Shown here in pieces: positions 57,046-64,000 of a stretch of 64,000 nucleotides of DNA. The notes below the pieces were generated by a model. That model made no database searches. It was not told the origin of the DNA and worked only from the letters and a program-made list of their open reading frames with translations. The stretch's first letter is position 1. The number at the start of each line of letters is the position of its first letter. Source of the DNA: Octopus vulgaris (taxonomy: Eukaryota); assembly GCA_951406725.2 (NCBI GenBank), contig OX597824.1:49848001-49912000 (forward strand). The letters run 5' to 3'. The position numbers and the translations under genes were made by a program.

Positions 57046-58027
57046 GCATGCAGTTACACGCACGCACACGCACACGTACACACACGCGCGCGCACACACA
57101 TACACACACACACACACACACACATACACACACACACGTATATATTATGTAGCAAATAATTATAATATACATGTAGCTTGAATAGACATACATTAAGTTG
57201 CTTCAATGGCATACTAGTGGTCTGTCAATGGGGATCTCAATCGATACATTATTTTACATATATCTAATATATGGAGGTGACTTATGATCGTAAGATCGTG
57301 TTTCGATTTCCGGACAGGCAGTGCGTTGCATCCTTGAGCGAAACACTTTATTTCACGCTGCTCCTGTCCATTCAGCTGTAAATAGGTCACCTTGAGACGG
57401 GCTGGCATTCTGTTCGGGTGGGGGAGAGATGTTGGTTTGCCTGCCTAGCCAACGGGGTGACATCATTTGAAATGTACAACAATGTGAGGAAGCACATTGT
57501 GACCAGCAACGTATAACAACATCCAATAACAGTGTAACAAAATTTTAATTTTTATTTGTCTTTGGTCAGTAAGTGTTATTTCCTATTTGCTTCTATCAAG
57601 AAATCAAAGGAAATGACTACTATTCCCTTCAAACTTTACTTTTGTGACCTGGACATCAATGTTCTGAAACTGACTTATTTTCCATTACATTTCGAACAGA
57701 TTCAGTGCTGAGTTGCTGAAGCAGGAATAGCATTATAGGAAATATTCTGCTCAATACCAGGGGTTTGCTTGTCAGTTGCTTGCCCTTAGCAGCTGACAAT
57801 ATATACATCTCTGATCATGAGCAGGAGAAGTGGAGGAGCATCATAGCCATGTGTCGAGGGGGATTCTTTGGGGTTCGAAAAAATATAATAAAAGAAAAGT
57901 TTGAAGGAAATATTAACCGTTTTTCATACTTTCTAGGGGTGAGCAATTAAGAAATAACAGTTATTACCCAAGGACAAAAATCGTGTTACAAAGTGTAATC
58001 TAGACGATACAGTGATATCTAATATAG

Positions 58028-58114
58028 GAAAATGTTGTAGCGCCATCTGCAAGATTCGAACGCTCGCGCCTGCTGTAAATCGTATTGCTATGCTTGCAAC
58101 TACACCAAAGCAAC
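58028..58114 (-). other. tRNA-like Pol III cassette (not a functional tRNA)
   Basis: Minus strand TGGTGTAGTTG..GCGTTCGAATC..AGATGGCGCTACAACATTTT; no proper cloverleaf. Confidence 0.45.
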
Positions 58115-58620
58115 ATTACGACTTCTTTAGGCCGTTGAAATTTGCTGGTTCTCACTCTCTCTCGCACAAACATATATTTATATATATGTGAGTTGATATT
58201 TCGCGCACGCATATGTAACACTTGCACCTGTCTTGATTCTCTTTAACTATCTATCGGTCCATCTATGAATAATTCGACCGCAACAATCTATCTTTCGATC
58301 TATATCTATCACGACTATCTACGGGCAGGTCAAAAATTACTATAAAAGTTACCATTATTAAAGCTACTCGCGAACTAAACCATAAATATTCAGGTTCTTA
58401 CTTTTTTCTTTTTTTATCTCCGGTTCATCATCGACTTTACAACTTCGAGTGGCCAGAAATGAGCTCTTCAACGATATTACCTTTTCAAATTAAGTCACTT
58501 CACACGATAACAAAAATATTTCAGAAAAAAAAAATCTGAAAATATTGACTAATAAGTAACATACTACCAATAAAAAAAATAACCCATAACTGTTTCATTA
58601 AGCGTTGTCACTATATATGA

Positions 58621-58708
<88 letters not shown>

Positions 58709-58993
58709 GTATGTATGCATTAATTTGCGGGTTTGTATGTGTAACTGTGCGAGTGTATTTGTCAGTGAGTGTGTGGGGATGTACTTACAGACGTATTACG
58801 GCTTTAAACGTATTTGCATTCAGACCATTCCTTACATGATACTATCTGATTGAGATCATCACATCAAACTTTGTCTTACATACATACACTGGCGCGCGCG
58901 CACTCTCGCACAAACAAACACACACACAAGCACATATACAAACTCGCAAAATTAATGTATACCTTAATTTGTATGCATGTAAATATATTCGTT

Positions 58994-59137
<144 letters not shown>

Positions 59138-59284
59138 CATATATATATATACACACACACATATATCATATATATGTGTCTGTGCATATATATAGGCGTT
59201 TATATAAGGACATATATATATACTTATAAGCATATATATATACATATACGTATATATACATATATATATTTCTTAGATATACAT

Positions 59285-59327
<43 letters not shown>

Positions 59328-59717
59328 TATATGCGTGTATTTATGTATGCATGCATCTATGTATCTACATGTGTTTGCCTGTTTTTTCTATGTGCGTGTG
59401 CATGTGTGCAGCTGTATATACGTCTGTATTCAGTAATACCTTCACACGTCCTCGTATCAGGTAATGAAAGCAATTCTGGCCGATGATTAATCGTGATCAG
59501 GTGAGATGGCCAGGGTCTAAGTAGAAAATGGTCTGAAGACTGTTTGAAAAGTTTTCCCTACGTGTTATTGGCCATTGATAATTAATATTCTTGCGATGAG
59601 CACAAGATGAAATGGACGCGACTATATTACGCCGTGTGACATCACGGTCCATTAGTTAGAGCGTGACGTGGGAGGGCGGTGTTTGCACTCTCCACTGCAC
59701 TTCATAAGCATACACAA

Positions 59718-59754
<37 letters not shown>

Positions 59755-60291
59755 TGCGTACATGCATGCAGACAAGCACATAATCAAGCAGGCGCGCAAG
59801 CGTAAATACATACATATGCAGACGCATGCGCACACAAACACATACATAAAAGTAGGAAAATATATACGTAGTTTATATGGAAAGTAACATGAATACAAAG
59901 ATATATACACATTACTTACATTAGCTTGGTAGAGACACAGAGCTGTGTACATTAGAAACATTAACGTACACATGCATATGTACACTTACACACACACACA
60001 CGCACACATATATCTATATATATCATATACATACATATAAACAAACATTCACACACACTGACACATGTGTGTGCATATATGTATACTCTCACAAACACAC
60101 AGACACACACACGCAAATGTGTGTGTATATATATATATATATATATAATCGTGAATATACATAATTCATTCACATAACATTTACATAGAACATACAGGGA
60201 ACGGCGAACACATACATACATAATACGTACATACATACATATATAAATATATACATACGTGCATGGGTGTATGCTAACTGGTGTACGTATA

Positions 60292-60326
<35 letters not shown>

Positions 60327-60629
60327 GCGTGTGTGTACACATATATATATATGTAAGTATACGCATACAAATATAAATAAGTACATCGATTTATACACAC
60401 ATATGTACGTATATATTTAGATGCATACATGTGTACATACATCCATATGTGCATACTAAATATATACGCATACACAATAATAATTTATGTGACGTCGTCA
60501 AAATTTTATGTGCATGTATTCACAAATGTGCAGTCACATAGTACTGAATGAAAAATACATATACACACCTATTCGCCTGCATCATATCCAAGCACACACA
60601 CACACACACGCCCGCCCGCGAATACTAAT

Positions 60630-61330
60630 ATTCTTTTTTTACTATAAGCACAAGACTTCAAATTTTTGGGGAAGGTGCTAGTCGATTTCGTGGACCCCAG
60701 TGCTCGACTGGTATTTATTTTATCAACCCCGAAAGGATGAGAGGCCGAATTTGAACTCAGAATGTAAAGGCAGCAGCAATGTTGCTAAGTCTTTGGTCCA
60801 ATATGTGCACGATTCTGTCAGCTTGCTGCCTTTATATTGTCCTTATAATGCACATCATACTCTAACTAAAAAACACTAAAGCACACACACATCTTCAAAA
60901 CTCAGTGAAACATATAAATATGTACATACATATTCAAAGACATTCACACATAGATATCCTTAATAAAGGTTTCTACTAAAGGCACAATGCCTGAAATTTT
61001 TGGAGAGGAGACTAATCGATTACATCGACTCCAGGGTTTCATCGACCCCGAAATGAAGAAAGGCAAAGTCAACCTCGGCGGAATTTGAACTCAGAACGTG
61101 AGCTCAGAACGCTAAGCATTTTCGCACGGCGTGATAACGTTTCAACCAGCTCACCGCCTTACATGTCCTTATTTCGGGGTGAGATGTTAAGTCAATTACA
61201 TCGACCCAAGTGCTCATCTAGTTTTTATTCTATCGACAACGAGAGGATGAAAGGCAAATTCGACTTCGGCAGAATTTGAACTCAGAAGGTAAATACGGCT
61301 GGAATGCTGCTCAGCATTTTGCCCCTCGTG
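60630..61330 (-). mobile_element. Three diverged SINE family A copies
   Basis: Repeated GAAAGGCAAA..CGGAATTTGAACTCAGAA blocks near 60730, 61060 and 61250. Confidence 0.8.
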
Positions 61331-61876
61331 GCCTCCATGTCCTTAATAGTACATGCTTATTCACTGATAAAGCTCGCGACCTGAGAAACAAGCACAGGCA
61401 GATACCGTGAAGCCTATAAACATATTTTATTTTATTTCTTACACTGGTTTCGTCGCTTTGTAGGGTGTTTGTCATTTATATCGACTGTGGTATTTCGACT
61501 GGTCCTCGTTTCATCGAACATCGTTTATGGAATATCTGAATAACCATTCGACTATAGCTGCGTCCAGTGTGCATGCCTTTTATACAGGAATAGCATCAAT
61601 TTTCTGGAATCTTTGATTCCAAAGCCTTTCCGGTTTATATATATATCTTTTATCGTTTATCTTTTACTTGTTTCAGCCATTAGAATGCAATCATGCTGGG
61701 GCATCATCTTGAAGGACTTTAGTGGAATGAATCGATTCCAGTATTTATTTTCTTTTTAGGCCCAGTACTTATTCTGTAAGTCTTTTTTTTTGCCGAACCA
61801 CTAAGTTACTAGAACGTAAACACACCAACATCTGTTGTCAAACGATGATGGGGACAATAACATTCACAAAGACGCA

Positions 61877-61930
<54 letters not shown>

Positions 61931-61931
<1 letters not shown>

Positions 61932-62763
61932 CAAAATCAAGGAACGGCCATAATAGGCCATTCACCCACTAGAAATAACAGCCAAGGCTTCAACCGCAAA
62001 ACAACATTAATTCCGTAAACCAGGAGAAAATTAAAAAAACATTTACCCTGTAATTCTTTATACGATGCACCGTTTCGTCTATTGTTTAATGGTAAACTAA
62101 CCTGATTAAATTAAATCAAGCTAGTCTTCCATAGGCCGATAGATTCATCAGTAAAGAACGGTCAGATCGGAGCAGATATTTACACGAGGCACTTCCATGG
62201 TCTATGACTATTTAATTTTTTCCCACTAGGCCGCTGGTGGCAAAAAAATTCTGCGAAATTTTTTGCCACCCTATATTGATTAATTATGAATTTTCTGGTT
62301 AATTCCGTAATGGAATCGGCGGCTTATATTTGCTGCCGATAAATTTGGCGCGAGTGCGATGATTTGAAAATCTTAGGTCAGATATTGCCGAGACAGTGGT
62401 GGAAGTGCCTCGTGTAAATATCTGCTCCGATCTGGCCGTTCTTTACTGATGAATCTATCGGCCTATGGAAGACTAGCTTGATTTAATTTAATCAGGTTAG
62501 TTTACCATTAAACAATAGACGAAACGGTGCATCGTATAAAGAATTACAGGGTAAATGTTTTTTTAATTTTCTCCTGGTTTACGGAATTAATGTTGTTTTG
62601 CGGTTGAAGCCTTGGCTGTTATTTCTAGTGGGTGAATGGCCTATTATGGCCGTTCCTTGATTTTGCTGTTGAATTTATAAATGGTCTATGACTATTTAAT
62701 TTTTTCCCACTAGGCCGCTGGTGGCAAAAAAATTCTGCGAAATTTTTTGCCACCCTATATTGA

Positions 62764-62770
<7 letters not shown>
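61931..62770. mobile_element. Young Penelope-like fold-back element: inverted arm plus partial direct repeat, inserted in (TA)n
   Basis: 61931-62196 is the near-perfect reverse complement of 62401-62667, and 62197-62287 is directly repeated at 62681-62771. Confidence 0.88.
62439..62543 (+). ncRNA. Type I hammerhead ribozyme with a complete core (mirror copy 62054-62158 on -)
   Basis: TTCTTTA-CTGATGA-A-TCTAT..[GACTAGCTTGATT/AATCAGGTTAGTT]..ATAGA-C-GAAA-CGGTGCATCG-TA-TAAAGAA. Stem I is 7 bp; predicted cleavage is after GUA at 62536. Confidence 0.88.
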
Positions 62771-62821
<51 letters not shown>

Positions 62822-63514
62822 GGGCTTCTTTCAGTTATTCTAATAAATCCACTCACAAGGTTTGACAGAAGATACTTGCTCAAAATGCCACGCAATGGGA
62901 CTGAACCCGGAACCATGTTCTTACTACACAGCCACGCCTGCGCCTATTTCTGTTTTTTTCTGAAGCAAGGGTGGACATCTTGGTCAACACAAACTAAATT
63001 AAAGAAATATTAATGCTACTTAAATAATTAAATGATATACAGATACCTGCACATTAATATAAATGATACAAATTTATAAATATTCTATTGTGCAAAGTAC
63101 CAGTCTGTGCAAGGTACCAGCAGAATAGTTTGTTGGCCGCAGAAATTAAAAGCTTCTGTTCGTAAATGAATGCAGATTATAAGAGGTTCCGAACCCTGAT
63201 GGTCCAGAAAGTCGGTCTTGTATAGATATACATACAGAAAGGAATACAAGATATAGAAAACGAAAATAACAGAAAGCAAAAACAATCATGCATACAGATA
63301 CGCGCCAACGAGCGCACATATAAAAACGTACATGCACACGCATACATGCATACGTACACGGAGAAAGGGACACACATTTACAAACGCACACACAAACACA
63401 TACATATACACATACGTACAAAGCAGACATGCACTCATTCAGGACCCCGTACTTTCCCTTCTGCCATTACATAATTATCACCCCCCTATTTCTGTAGGTG
63501 ACGCTGGTTGACTG

Positions 63515-63907
63515 ACTCTGCTGATGTTATTCCACGCTCTCCAATCCACGGCGCTAGCCATAGCATTTTTGAGGTCGAGGTGCTGCAACTTCAGGTCTTC
63601 CTCAATTTGTTTTGCCCATGTCTTCTTTGTTACGCTGCTCTGAATTCTTCAGCGCATTGGTCGCTGCCGCTACAAAGTCTGGTGTCATAATCTTCGGTGC
63701 TCATCCTGCAGACGTGGCCAAACCATTGTAGCCTCCACTACCGGACTTAGCCTTCAATGGTCGGTTACTGCTGGCATTGTTCTCGGATGTTGTAGTTTGA
63801 GAGTTAGTCGCATAGAGGGTCAGCAATGATCTGACAAAGACACTGCAACTGGAACATCTCGAGCTTGTCAGGTCCTGTTTGAGAAATTGTCCAGGTCTCA
63901 GAAGCAC
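63515..63907 (-). mobile_element. RTE-clade LINE 3' fragment
   Basis: ASETWTISQTGPDKLEMFQLQCL..WRLQWFGHVCRM..KKTWAKQIEEDLK. Confidence 0.85.
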
Positions 63908-64000
63908 TGTATAATAATATAGATATATGTGCTTCTATAAAATATGTATTGACCCAGATTAAAAAATATACATACATTTACACACACAAACATACACATA

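Larger units (their letters stand above)
61660..62945 (-). mobile_element. SINE family B split at its internal (TA)n by the fold-back hammerhead element
   Basis: The tail half is at 61660-61875 and the head half at 62820-62945, in the expected order and orientation. Confidence 0.75.

Overview
Repeat-saturated, AT-rich eukaryotic DNA, intronic or intergenic. The SINE families and the microsatellite load point to an octopus-type cephalopod genome; this is recognition from memory, not a database result. I found no credible host protein-coding exon, and nearly all listed ORFs are translations of microsatellites. The recognisable content is: two decayed R4/Dong-clade non-LTR retrotransposons; an internally deleted Tx1/L1-clade LINE; a Ty3/Gypsy LTR+PBS+gag remnant; mariner and DD37D (maT) transposase pseudogenes; Helitron-like non-autonomous elements; RTE, piggyBac and hAT fragments; and at least four tRNA-derived SINE families. 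The most notable signal is a set of mutually dissimilar non-coding elements carrying type I hammerhead ribozyme motifs of the Penelope-like-element kind. Four of them are long fold-back hairpins, three next to (TA)n tracts, and the youngest has a complete core (62439-62543). There are also a double palindrome centred on (TA)n tracts (20729-21714), a local inverted templated insertion, and divergent tRNA-like Pol III cassettes.
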